64,000 nt of DNA, taken from the NCBI GenBank assembly GCA_044869275.1, contig JBIOXB010000217.1, forward strand, positions 10,095-74,094. The letters are read 5' to 3'. This document shows, piece by piece, positions 18,601 through 28,092 of this stretch (position 1 is the first letter of the stretch; every line of letters starts with the position of its first letter). This DNA is from a bacterium. GTDB lineage: Bacteria > Zhuqueibacterota > Zhuqueibacteria > Zhuqueibacterales > Zhuqueibacteraceae. The notes beneath the pieces were generated by a model. It was not told the origin of the DNA, did not search any database, and saw nothing but the letters and a program-made list of their open reading frames with translations. The translations under genes and the position numbers were made by a program.

Positions 18601-21177
18601 TTAACTCGCAAAAAAAATCCCCGCATCCATTCCCGCGGGAGTATACTCGTCCAAGCGTGTGCGCAGGTTGGCTTCGCGCTGCGGCTGATAGAGATCGTGA
18701 AACACGCCCATCTCGGATTCGTCATCCGCGCCGCGCTTGATTTCGGCCGGGCCGGTGTCGGCCGGCCGGCCGTAATCCGGCAGGCCGTAGCGCGGCGGAT
18801 CGCTGTTGAATTGCGGCCGCACACGCAGGCGCTCGCCCTCCAAAGCTTGTTGCATTTCATTTTGGTCGATTTCATTTCGTTTGAACCGCTCGCGAATCGG
18901 CTTCTCCACCAAATCCGGCTGGCAGTTGTAGCGCCGTGGCGTGCGCGATCCCGGCGGCACGTAGCAAAAGCGCATGCAGCCGATCTGCCGGCGCGCGACG
19001 GTTACCAATCCGGTGAAAATGCTGTTTTCCGCCAGCTCGATGGCGTGCGTTTGCACTTGGCCGATCACGGTGCTGCGCACCACCCTCAGGATGGCATGTG
19101 CTGCCGGGCAGCCCGGCTCGCCCAGTGCTTCTTCCTCGTGGCTGGTGGCATCGAGAGCGCTGTCGCTGAGATGTATCGAAATCGGATCGGTTTTGATCTC
19201 GTCCTGGCGCACGAGAATCGAGCCGATGAGGCTGTGGCTGACGTTGATGCTCGCATTGGTGTTCAACAGATACAGGCTGGCCTCTTTGGGGCGTTCCGGC
19301 TCGCAATCGTGGCCGATTTCCCAGCCCGGCACCAATGTGGTGTGGCGAATGTTGACTTCCTCCATCTCGCCTTTGACCTCAATGCCGCGGCCGGAAAACA
19401 GCAAGCCGTCTACGGTGAAGCGCGCTCTGGCCGCGCCGTTTACGGTAAGCGCATCCGGGCCGGGCACGGTATAGTCCAGCAGCCGCAAAACCGGCCGCCG
19501 GAGATTGGCCGCGCGAATTTGCAGGCTTTTGCCCGCGATCATGTCGATCTTGATTTGCTCGGTGTAGGCGCCGCTATCCGTAATCTCGATAATCGCGTTG
19601 CGCGGTTTTTGGCGCTGCCAGGAGGCCAGCGCATCATTGATGCGTTTCAATTCTTCCGCCTCACCCACGCGGAAGATCACCAGCCCCAGCGCGATTTCAT
19701 CCTTATAGGCATCTTCCAGCAACATGCGATTCAACAAGATCAAATCATCGTCCTGTGGATCTTCTTCGAGAAGCCGGCGTGTTTCTGCTCGCAGCTCGAT
19801 TAAACGAAAGCCGGGCAGATCATAAAGACTCGTGTTCGCCATGAGCCTGTTCAGCTCGTCCAGAAGTGCGGGTCGCAGCTTGGCAAGATCCGGTGGAGTA
19901 GTCTCGTCGCCAAAGAGCGCCTGCGTTTCGGGTGTAAGCTGTTGAAACAAATTATTTGAAACTGGATCGCTCGGCGCTTTGAGCTTGGAAACAAACACTG
20001 CTTCGTCGTTCAGATCATCGTCCAACAGCAGAGGCGAATCGGCAGGTTGAAACAAAGGCCGGTCATACTCGCCGCCGCCGATATCCGCACTGAAGCCATA
20101 ATGGTAAAAGACCCAGACTTTCTTGGGCAACTGGTTGGGCGGAAAAACCATGCGGCCAAATTCAGGATCAACTGCGACAAAACCAGGCTTGGGCTCGTAT
20201 TGCCAAGTGCTCAGATCGGCCGGGACGATGGCCTTACGTGGAATCGGCTTGCTGCGATCCGCGTCTGGCAGGTTTGCCCATCCCGCCCAATCGTCCGAGG
20301 CCCAAACCGCGAGACTCTTGTCTGCGCCGTAATAATGCGCAGAGGCTTGCCGGATTTCCGTGCCGTCCGCTTGCGTAATGACTTCTTCGAATCCTTTCAG
20401 GCGAATCGGCGCCGGCAGATTCAATTCGCCGGCGATCTGTGTCGGCTCCGGCTCCGGTCTCCACGGCGAGTAAAGCTGTAAATCGTTGGCCAGCACACTG
20501 AAGGTGTACGCATTCATGCCCGAGCCTTCGACATAGTAAGCGGGAGTGCGGGTGACCGAATAGGTGTGCATGCGCCAGATGAAAAGGCCGACGCTGGGAA
20601 TATTGTATTTCCCCTGGCTGCGATGCGAGTTGGGGCGGCGCACGTCAATCGTGTGCGCCAATTCATCAAAAGGCCCGTCGAGGCGCGAGAGCGCGTCGCC
20701 GTTGCGCAGGTCGACGGTGCGGCCGAGATTGAGGCGCAGATGATTGAGCGATTGCGTCATACCCAGCAAAACGTAAAACTCCACGGCGCGCGCCGGCCAG
20801 CCTGCCACATCGCGCGCCAGCAGCTCCAACAACGCGAGCGTGCCTTTGCGCCGGCGATTGCGAATGGTGTTGGCCACCTCGGCGCGCGGAACCAGAATCT
20901 TGTTGCGTTCACGCCCTTGTGTGGTCGTAATCTCGCCCGGCTGGCCGGCTTCAAACACGGGCTCGAAACCGGCGAGATCACCGATATACGGCACCACCCA
21001 ATCCTGGCAGGTCTCGATGAACCAGTTCTCATATAGCTGTGCGATATCCGCTTCCACCACCCCGAGCTGTTCCGAGAGCACGCGCAGCAGCGCTTTGAGC
21101 GGCAGACCCTGTTCCGCGTCGCGTTGGCGATAGATCGCCGGCAGCAATTCGTAGAGCCGGTCTTTGGTATCCTTCAT
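18601..21177 (-). CDS. baseplate wedge / phage tail protein (P2 gpI-like N-terminus)
   Basis: LYELLPAIYRQRD...NWFIETCQDWVVPYIGDL...RRRKGT; position directly after the gpJ-like genes. Confidence 0.8.
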   Translation of the reverse strand: MKDTKDRLYELLPAIYRQRDAEQGLPLKALLRVLSEQLGVVEADIAQLYENWFIETCQDWVVPYIGDLAGFEPVFEAGQPGEITTTQGRERNKILVPRAEVANTIRNRRRKGTLALLELLARDVAGWPARAVEFYVLLGMTQSLNHLRLNLGRTVDLRNGDALSRLDGPFDELAHTIDVRRPNSHRSQGKYNIPSVGLFIWRMHTYSVTRTPAYYVEGSGMNAYTFSVLANDLQLYSPWRPEPEPTQIAGELNLPAPIRLKGFEEVITQADGTEIRQASAHYYGADKSLAVWASDDWAGWANLPDADRSKPIPRKAIVPADLSTWQYEPKPGFVAVDPEFGRMVFPPNQLPKKVWVFYHYGFSADIGGGEYDRPLFQPADSPLLLDDDLNDEAVFVSKLKAPSDPVSNNLFQQLTPETQALFGDETTPPDLAKLRPALLDELNRLMANTSLYDLPGFRLIELRAETRRLLEEDPQDDDLILLNRMLLEDAYKDEIALGLVIFRVGEAEELKRINDALASWQRQKPRNAIIEITDSGAYTEQIKIDMIAGKSLQIRAANLRRPVLRLLDYTVPGPDALTVNGAARARFTVDGLLFSGRGIEVKGEMEEVNIRHTTLVPGWEIGHDCEPERPKEASLYLLNTNASINVSHSLIGSILVRQDEIKTDPISIHLSDSALDATSHEEEALGEPGCPAAHAILRVVRSTVIGQVQTHAIELAENSIFTGLVTVARRQIGCMRFCYVPPGSRTPRRYNCQPDLVEKPIRERFKRNEIDQNEMQQALEGERLRVRPQFNSDPPRYGLPDYGRPADTGPAEIKRGADDESEMGVFHDLYQPQREANLRTRLDEYTPAGMDAGIFFAS

Positions 21178-21190
21178 CTAAAGATCTCCA

Positions 21191-24151
21191 TTATCCCGCA
21201 ATCGGCTTGAGCACGAGCGTATCCGGCACGTTGGGCGATAAGTAGGCGATTTCCGCCGGCTTGATCCTTTTCAACGGATCCACCACGGCATAATCCGCTC
21301 GCGCCAACTCGATGCTGACACGTTCTTTTCGGGCAATGAACTGGTCTTGTTGTAGCCTCAGGCTCTCCAACTCTCCTTCTTCAGCCGGCGAGCGCGAGGG
21401 CTTGGCTTCAAGCTCCTGAATTCTCTCCTGCATTCTCAGATACGTCACCAGCGCCTGCGTGTCCAGTGCGTCGAAATCGTCAATATCAACGTAATCCACG
21501 CCCGTGACCGCCTGCATGGCGCTGAGGGCCTCGCTAAGCAACACGTCCTGCCCCAAGGTACGGCGCTCGAAGCTGAAGGCGTCCAGCAGTGCCGCGCGAA
21601 TCCGGGGCTCGGTTGCTTCCCAAAGATAATCCGGCAACAAACGTACATTCGCGCTCATGACGATCAATTTGAGCTCACGCAGCTCGACTTCCAGGGGCTG
21701 GTGCGGATCGCCGAATTGAAACAGCGCCTGGCGCAAGTTGCGATACAGGTCGGAATCTTTCGTGATGGGAATGTCGTCTGCGCCGGCAATGGTGAGGTAT
21801 ACCAGCTCGCGGCGGCCGTCGGACAGCCGGGTCGCAAGCGCTTTGCCGATGCCGGCGAAGGCGCGCGCGAAGTCCGCATAGTCCTGCACCGAGACCGCGC
21901 GATCGAGCGCTTTCAAATGCAACGGGGCATTTTGCCGCGCGTGATCGCGATCTTCCGGATCCGCGCCGCCGCTGGCGGCTTGCGGATTGAACACGCCTTT
22001 GACGCCGAGCGGGCGAATGCTCAACAGGCTGATTTGCTCGGCGGCGACATTGCCGGCCCTGCCAATGCCGCTGCGATAAACCGCCCTCACGTTTTCGATG
22101 CCGGTGGGCAGGCGGCCGCCGCGCACGCCATCGCCGAAGATGATGGTGGTTTTGCCTTCGTTATCGGTTTGGACGAAATAATCGCGATCGTTCGATCCCG
22201 AGGCCACCAGGCTGTCGGTTTCGTGCCAAAGCACGTCGTTCACGCGCACGCGCAGCGTGTTTTCGATGCCGGCAGAGGTCGAGGCCGAGACGTAAGTGAG
22301 CGGCGATTGCCGCAACGAGAATTTTTGAAATACCTTGCTGCCGTCGCCGCTGCCCAGAATTTCGAGGCGGGTTTCACCGTGTGTCGCGCGCACGACATTG
22401 GCGTTGATGGTGACGGTGCCGCGCTTGTAAGAAAAAGCCAACCGGTTGGCAAGCTCGAGCGTGGTGTGGGTTTTGTCACCGGGCAGATCCTTCCCGTTGA
22501 TTTCAATCTGCTGCACACCCTGCGTGACGCCCGACAACATGACTAATTCTCTCCCTCTGACCGCGGTCACTGCTTCAATGTCGTCCCGCTCGCCGGAAAT
22601 CATCAGCCATCGCCCGGATTCCAAGCCGTCATAGACGTCATCCAATTCGATGCGGCGAGCGTTCTCTTCAGCAGCGCTTACTTCCTCGGAAGTTGGGTTC
22701 GATTTGCTCAGTTTGTACCCAATGGAATTCATGATAGGTTCTTCGTCCAGTTCCAACAATTCGCTTTGGGAATAAACAGCGCTGCCTCGGATGACATCAA
22801 ACTTCTCATTTGAGGTGTCCAGCCATTTTTGGCCGGTGCCCAGATTCAAGGTAATTGCCGTAGTTTTTGCGCTTATTCCGTATGCAGCTCGCGTTCGATT
22901 CTCGGTAGAGACGACAACAAAAACTACCGGATTTTCGGGTGGCTTGGTTCCAGATGGCACCTTCTCAGTGGGCTTGCGAATTACCAAATAGTCGCCATTT
23001 TTGATTCCATCATAGTAATTATCCAAGAAAACAGTTTCACCGTTCTCGCCATCAAGCTCCCACTCCTTCCATTCTAATGGGTCACATATTTCGCCAGACT
23101 CTTTGAAGGTCACTTTTTTCGGCACATTATGCCCAAATAGCCCGGCCATAAGACGCATGGCATAAACCTTCACGGAACTCGCCTCTGTCACCTGTGCCGT
23201 ACGCCAGGAATCATACGACGGCGCACGCAACTCTTTACGCAACTCTGTCAGTGCCTGCACACTGAGGTCGGACTTTTCACGAAAACCGCCTGGCAAGCTG
23301 CGAAACAGGTTTCTGGAGCTGGCCGGCGGAATTGAAACCGGCGGCGGCGGCGTGCGCAGTCGGTCGAAAAATTTGGTAAAGGATGTGGGTCCTCCAGAAT
23401 TCGAATCGGGGTCGTCGGCCGGCACGTCGAGTGTAGCCTTGGTGCGATTGGCCGCGTTATCCAATGTGACGCTGACCACGCGGCGGGTCACTTGAGAAGC
23501 GCCAAAATTGATCAATAAGATGTCATTCGTTTTAAGGTTGGTAGCGACTCCATTGAAGTAGATTTCGCGTGTCTGGGCCGTGATATATTGCGGCCGGCCC
23601 ATGCGCGGCCTGAGCTCGTTCCACACCGCGCGGCCCTTCAACGGTTCGGCGGTTTCGAACGATTGCGGCAATTCCCCCGGACCGGGAATGCTCTGGGCGC
23701 GCACACCGATGGGAATCACGCCTGCGAAGCCCTTTTCCATCGTAAAAGCGAGATACACGCTCGCGGCCACGCCCGGGCGCAGCTTGTACCCCACCAATTG
23801 CGCCAGCTCCAAAATCGAGCGGCGTTCGGTCGCGGTCAGGAGGTAGCCTTCGTTCGCCATCCGCTCTTGATAGAATGCCAGCACCTCCCCCACAGTCGCG
23901 CAGACGTCCAACAGCGCGATCGACGGATCCTCGCCCGCACGCGTTTTCAGTGCCAGCAACGGGTTGAGCGCGTTTTTGACGTTCGGGTCGTCGAGCTGCA
24001 GATCGGTGAGGCGCGCCTGCATCGTTTCCAGAAATGTAGCGTGGGTGCCCACGCGATACGCCAATGACTTCAGGCCCGGCCGATTTGCGATCGGCAGAGG
24101 CGTCAGTCTTTCAATCCCTTCACAGCAACCGCAAGTACAGGTTCCGTTCAT
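21191..24151 (-). CDS. putative baseplate assembly protein (gpJ/gp6-like) 2
   Basis: FYQERMANEGYLLTATERRS, FGDGVRGGRLPTG, GGADPE, RAVSVQDY. Confidence 0.9.
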   Translation of the reverse strand: MNGTCTCGCCEGIERLTPLPIANRPGLKSLAYRVGTHATFLETMQARLTDLQLDDPNVKNALNPLLALKTRAGEDPSIALLDVCATVGEVLAFYQERMANEGYLLTATERRSILELAQLVGYKLRPGVAASVYLAFTMEKGFAGVIPIGVRAQSIPGPGELPQSFETAEPLKGRAVWNELRPRMGRPQYITAQTREIYFNGVATNLKTNDILLINFGASQVTRRVVSVTLDNAANRTKATLDVPADDPDSNSGGPTSFTKFFDRLRTPPPPVSIPPASSRNLFRSLPGGFREKSDLSVQALTELRKELRAPSYDSWRTAQVTEASSVKVYAMRLMAGLFGHNVPKKVTFKESGEICDPLEWKEWELDGENGETVFLDNYYDGIKNGDYLVIRKPTEKVPSGTKPPENPVVFVVVSTENRTRAAYGISAKTTAITLNLGTGQKWLDTSNEKFDVIRGSAVYSQSELLELDEEPIMNSIGYKLSKSNPTSEEVSAAEENARRIELDDVYDGLESGRWLMISGERDDIEAVTAVRGRELVMLSGVTQGVQQIEINGKDLPGDKTHTTLELANRLAFSYKRGTVTINANVVRATHGETRLEILGSGDGSKVFQKFSLRQSPLTYVSASTSAGIENTLRVRVNDVLWHETDSLVASGSNDRDYFVQTDNEGKTTIIFGDGVRGGRLPTGIENVRAVYRSGIGRAGNVAAEQISLLSIRPLGVKGVFNPQAASGGADPEDRDHARQNAPLHLKALDRAVSVQDYADFARAFAGIGKALATRLSDGRRELVYLTIAGADDIPITKDSDLYRNLRQALFQFGDPHQPLEVELRELKLIVMSANVRLLPDYLWEATEPRIRAALLDAFSFERRTLGQDVLLSEALSAMQAVTGVDYVDIDDFDALDTQALVTYLRMQERIQELEAKPSRSPAEEGELESLRLQQDQFIARKERVSIELARADYAVVDPLKRIKPAEIAYLSPNVPDTLVLKPIAG

Positions 24152-26748
24152 CGTCCACCTCTGACCTCTAAATCGAGCCTGCCATTTTCCGGAAAGCTCG
24201 GGTCATTGTCCACGCGCGCGATTTCCAGGGAATTCAGCGGCAAAATGCCGTTTTCAATTTCGCTATTGGGGCCTTGAAACAGGCGCTCCAGCCGCGTCAC
24301 CGTGACGCTTTCCACGCCGGGCACGGCCTGCGCCTCCGCGATCAGCTTGCTCAACCGAATGCTTTGAGCAAACGTCAAATTGTCGGGATGGAAGAAGCCT
24401 TTGCGGCCGTCGGACAAAACTTCGTCACTGAACACTTCCAACAACGCCGCTTTGACGTGGCCGCGCAAATAATTCGGCTTTGCGCACACGATCATGGCAA
24501 TGTCGAGCGGCACATATCGCGCCCGCGCCACCACCAGATCATGGCCCATGCGGCGATAGCGATAGAGATAACCGGCAATTTCGTCCAGTAAATCTTGATC
24601 CGCTTCGGCTTGGCCGAAAGGATCGATGGCCACCAACACCTCGTACCAACTGCCGATCCAGCGCAGGGCCGCAGAGGCGCGCTGCACTTTGGGATGGCGC
24701 TCGGCAAGGCGGGTGTAATCGTCCGCGGTGACCGCGCGTTCGAGTTTTTTGCGAAACGCGGTGGGTGCGAACAGTTTCACCTCCTCGAGCGGTTGCGGCT
24801 CTACGCCGCCTTGCGCCGGCAACGGATTGCGAGGCGTCAGGAGAAGCGCAGGCGTTGCCTCGCCGCCGCTCAAGCCGGGGTATACGACATGGGCAATCGC
24901 CTCCGCGCCGACGTTGCCGGACAAGCCATTGCCGATGCGATACCTCGCTTTGAAGGACGTGTTGGCCTCGGGCATGCGGCCCAAATCATTGTCGCTGAAA
25001 CGCAAATGGCCGCGTCCGTCATTGTCCATTTCAACCACGAAGTGGCAATCCCGGCGCAAGCTGCCGAACAAATCCGGCACTGCCGTCCATTGCTCGATGA
25101 CCATTCGTCCGGAACCCGAGCACACCCCTTCCAACCAGACTTGGGGCCCGGCTTGCTGAGGGTCGTTCTTGATCAAATCGGCGGCAGAATTCAACACGGG
25201 TGTGAGTGGCTGGGCAAAAGCCAACGGCCCTCTTTCCAAGACCGGATGAAACGACTCCGCCTCGATGACGATTTCTGCCGCGCGGTTTTCTTTCTTGCAG
25301 ATGATTCGTTTTGATTTTGCTCGTACTTTGCCAAGGGGCTCTTTCTCGGCGTAACGGCCGTGATCCACGAGTATGACGTTACCTCGCGCCACGCTGATGT
25401 TCTCCAGCAGTTTGCATTCCGGTGCGGGACCGAGGGCGGAAATGCAGAGCGGGAAGGGCAAGGCATCTTCCTCTGCCCAGGCAATTTCAACCACCGGCTT
25501 GTTGTGAAGCGCGTCAATCGCGGATTCGACTTTGGTCAAGCGCACGGCATGGCGATGCCCGGGATCTGCATCATCCTCATCGCCGGTTTTCGGGCCGAAG
25601 ACTTCCTCGAAAATCAAAACATCGCCTTCTTTCAAATACAACAGCGGCGGCTCCGTCTCCCGCGCCGGTTGCTCGGCTGGCGTCGTTTTCAATGCTAAAG
25701 CTGCTTGCTGGTTTGCGGGGTCCGCCAACTGGCCCCGCAAGGTTGCCGAGGTCGCGCCGCGGGGCAGGCAGCAATTCCGGTCGTCCCAGGTATAAAACTC
25801 AATGCGGTTATGATCTTTGTAGAATTTGATTTGATCGCCGCCATTCCAAAACAGCGGCAGGAACACTTCAAAGCTCCTGGACGAAACGTGGGTAATCAAG
25901 TCTTCATGATTCATGTTGATGATCTTCCCACGCATCGGTGCGTCGGGAAAGGAAGTGACAAAAGCGAGTTTCGCCGTTTCAAGTTCCGGGGTATTGCTGC
26001 TCGTCTCCACGGTCACCCAGGCGCGCGCGTTACTGCCCTCGTGCACGGCATAATCCACCAACCGTGCATGGCGGCGCACGGAAATCCGCCGCCGGGCGGT
26101 GTTAAGATAGGCCTCCGTGGCCACGGCGTCCTGATAATAGCTGAGATGATCGCCCACGTACGCCAGCGTTTCCACCAGTGCCATGCCAAGATCAGGAAGA
26201 TGCCGCTCCTTCCAATTGGGCATGATTTGTGACAGGCGATCAAGAATCAATTGCCGGAAGCTGGCATAATCCTTGGCGAGATAATTGATCTCGGGCTGCA
26301 GGTGCACCGGTGGCGGGCAGACTTTTTTCGGCTTGCAATCGAGATCACTCGGGCAATTGGCTTTAAAGGTGAACTCGAGCTGGTAATAGCGTTGATCGAA
26401 ACCGGGGAAGGGCTGGTTCGTGGGCCGGCCATTGTCCAATGCCACCACGCTCAATGTATAATTCGAAAAATCCCCAAACTTGTTGACCACCACTTGAAAA
26501 CAGTCGCCGTTTTCTTCTCCGTCCTGCTCACACAGGCCGAAACCGACAACCTCGACATCGGTGATGCGCCGGCCGCCGGAGATGCGTATGTTCTCCTTCG
26601 TCAACTCAGGGGGCACTTGGCCGAGCAGGTGAACGGTGAGCGTGAATTGATCATCACTCACTTCCACGTAATCGAGGCCGTTCAAATTGTTTTTGCGGAC
26701 CTGATGGCGCCGTTGTTCATCTGTGCAGATCAAAACCGAGTCATTCAT
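24148..26748 (-). CDS. putative baseplate assembly protein (gpJ/gp6-like) 1
   Basis: YLAKDYASFRQLILD, LAYVGDHLSYYQDAVATEAYL, YRIGNG..GNVGA, RAVTADDY. Confidence 0.9.
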   Translation of the reverse strand: MNDSVLICTDEQRRHQVRKNNLNGLDYVEVSDDQFTLTVHLLGQVPPELTKENIRISGGRRITDVEVVGFGLCEQDGEENGDCFQVVVNKFGDFSNYTLSVVALDNGRPTNQPFPGFDQRYYQLEFTFKANCPSDLDCKPKKVCPPPVHLQPEINYLAKDYASFRQLILDRLSQIMPNWKERHLPDLGMALVETLAYVGDHLSYYQDAVATEAYLNTARRRISVRRHARLVDYAVHEGSNARAWVTVETSSNTPELETAKLAFVTSFPDAPMRGKIINMNHEDLITHVSSRSFEVFLPLFWNGGDQIKFYKDHNRIEFYTWDDRNCCLPRGATSATLRGQLADPANQQAALALKTTPAEQPARETEPPLLYLKEGDVLIFEEVFGPKTGDEDDADPGHRHAVRLTKVESAIDALHNKPVVEIAWAEEDALPFPLCISALGPAPECKLLENISVARGNVILVDHGRYAEKEPLGKVRAKSKRIICKKENRAAEIVIEAESFHPVLERGPLAFAQPLTPVLNSAADLIKNDPQQAGPQVWLEGVCSGSGRMVIEQWTAVPDLFGSLRRDCHFVVEMDNDGRGHLRFSDNDLGRMPEANTSFKARYRIGNGLSGNVGAEAIAHVVYPGLSGGEATPALLLTPRNPLPAQGGVEPQPLEEVKLFAPTAFRKKLERAVTADDYTRLAERHPKVQRASAALRWIGSWYEVLVAIDPFGQAEADQDLLDEIAGYLYRYRRMGHDLVVARARYVPLDIAMIVCAKPNYLRGHVKAALLEVFSDEVLSDGRKGFFHPDNLTFAQSIRLSKLIAEAQAVPGVESVTVTRLERLFQGPNSEIENGILPLNSLEIARVDNDPSFPENGRLDLEVRGGR

Positions 26749-27110
26749 AGCGTTCTGCTCCGCGCAAAGGTTTCAGTGCGCCGTTCTTCGGTGCGCCGGA
26801 TCAAGTATTGCAACTCTACGCGCAAGGTCGAGTCTTCGCTCGTGACCTGCAACGCCTGCACTTCGATCAAATCCCCCAGCCAGCGCTGCAACGCGGCCTG
26901 AATGCTGAATTGCAGCGCGGTGGCCAGCTCGGAGCTGTTGGGTGCGAACACCAGTCCCAACAAGCCGCTGCCAAAATCCGGCCGGTTGACGCGCTCGCCT
27001 GGGCTGGTGAAAAGCAGTTGCTCGATCATATCGCGAAGATGATCGCCATCATCCGTCACCGCCGTCCGGCCAGCTTTGTCGAAATGAAAAGGATAGTCGA
27101 TATGGGTCAT
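26745..27110 (-). CDS. GPW/gp25 baseplate protein
   Basis: LLFTSPGERVNRPDFGSGL signature. Confidence 0.92.
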   Translation of the reverse strand: MTHIDYPFHFDKAGRTAVTDDGDHLRDMIEQLLFTSPGERVNRPDFGSGLLGLVFAPNSSELATALQFSIQAALQRWLGDLIEVQALQVTSEDSTLRVELQYLIRRTEERRTETFARSRTL

Positions 27111-27113
27111 AGA

Positions 27114-27190
27114 GATGCTCGTTGCTCGATACTCGTTGCTCGATACTCGATGCTTGATACTTGATACTTGATACTTGATTCTTGACGCCT
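27114..27190. repeat. heptamer tandem repeat (about 11 units, consensus GATACTY)
   Basis: gatgctc gttgctc gatactc gttgctc gatactc gatgctt gatactt x3 gattctt gacgcct. Confidence 0.9.
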
Positions 27191-27215
27191 AATTACCTGC
27201 AACTGATTCGCTCTT

Positions 27216-27270
27216 CGTCTCCCCGTCTCCCCGTCTCCCCGTCTCCCCGTCCCCCCGTCTCCCCGTCTCC
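27216..27270. repeat. octamer tandem repeat (GTCTCCCC) x about 7
   Basis: Directly visible; six runs of at least 4 C on the + strand. Confidence 0.95.
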
Positions 27271-27271
27271 T

Positions 27272-27595
27272 TCAAACCCCCTTCACCCTCACCTGCGTCA
27301 CAACGATATTCACCCCCGTGCCGGTGGGCGCACACACGGCCTGGCTATCTTGCAATAATAAAGGAATCCCTCCCGCGCGCACACGCGTCGCGGCCGTCAC
27401 GAATTGCGCCGTAACGCACGGGCCATTCGCCGCGGGTGGCGCCGGCAAGGTGCAGCCAGAGATGGTATAAAGCGCGGGTTGTGTCACAATCGCCTGGCTG
27501 GCGACCTTTACGCGCGGAAACACCGTTGCCGGCTGTGCCTGGCCTGCGTGCAAGCACAACACGGTCGCGCCTTGATGCAGCAAGAATCCCGGCAT
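27272..27595 (-). CDS. PAAR-like (DUF4280-type) spike tip protein
   Basis: GATVLCLHAG...GC...PC...ATRV...PLLLQDSQAVC; small Cys-containing gene after gp5. Confidence 0.75.
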   Translation of the reverse strand: MPGFLLHQGATVLCLHAGQAQPATVFPRVKVASQAIVTQPALYTISGCTLPAPPAANGPCVTAQFVTAATRVRAGGIPLLLQDSQAVCAPTGTGVNIVVTQVRVKGV

Positions 27596-28092
27596 TACGT
27601 CACCTCCAATGCACCGTTGTTGATCGACACCTGCGGCCCGGAAAGCTTGATGGTCGCGCCCGCGCCGTTGGTGATTTCGATACCCTGCAAATTCATCACG
27701 ATTTTCATGCCGTTTTTGGTTTCGATGGTGATGCCGCCCGCGCCGGGCAGATCATTCAGCGTAATCGTGCCCGCATCCGTTTTAAGAACTTTCATTTCGG
27801 GGGCGGCAGGCGAGGCCGGCAATTCGCCCTGCGCCCAAAAGCATCCACTCCAAATGGGATAGTCCGGATCACCGTGCTCGAATTCGACCCACACCAGCGC
27901 GTCGGTGGGCGGCACAAGAAATAATCCCACGCCATTGCCGGCATACGGCAGGCTGGGCATGGCCCAACCGCTTTCATGCTCGCCCAAGACATCCTGCACC
28001 TTCACGCGCACGCGGCCCAGAAACAGCGGATCGCGATTGTCGGTGACGATCCCGCGAAATTTGCCGTAAAACGGCGGCCCGCCTCCGTTCAT
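27595..28092 (-). CDS. baseplate assembly protein V / gp5 (C-terminal half of split VgrG)
   Basis: FYGKFRGIV.DNRDP..LGRVRV, VWVEFEHGDPDYPIWSG OB-fold motifs. Confidence 0.9.
   Translation of the reverse strand: MNGGGPPFYGKFRGIVTDNRDPLFLGRVRVKVQDVLGEHESGWAMPSLPYAGNGVGLFLVPPTDALVWVEFEHGDPDYPIWSGCFWAQGELPASPAAPEMKVLKTDAGTITLNDLPGAGGITIETKNGMKIVMNLQGIEITNGAGATIKLSGPQVSINNGALEVT

Noticed and set aside
27114..27270. CRISPR array
   Set aside because: 7-8 bp tandem units without unique spacers; no cas genes
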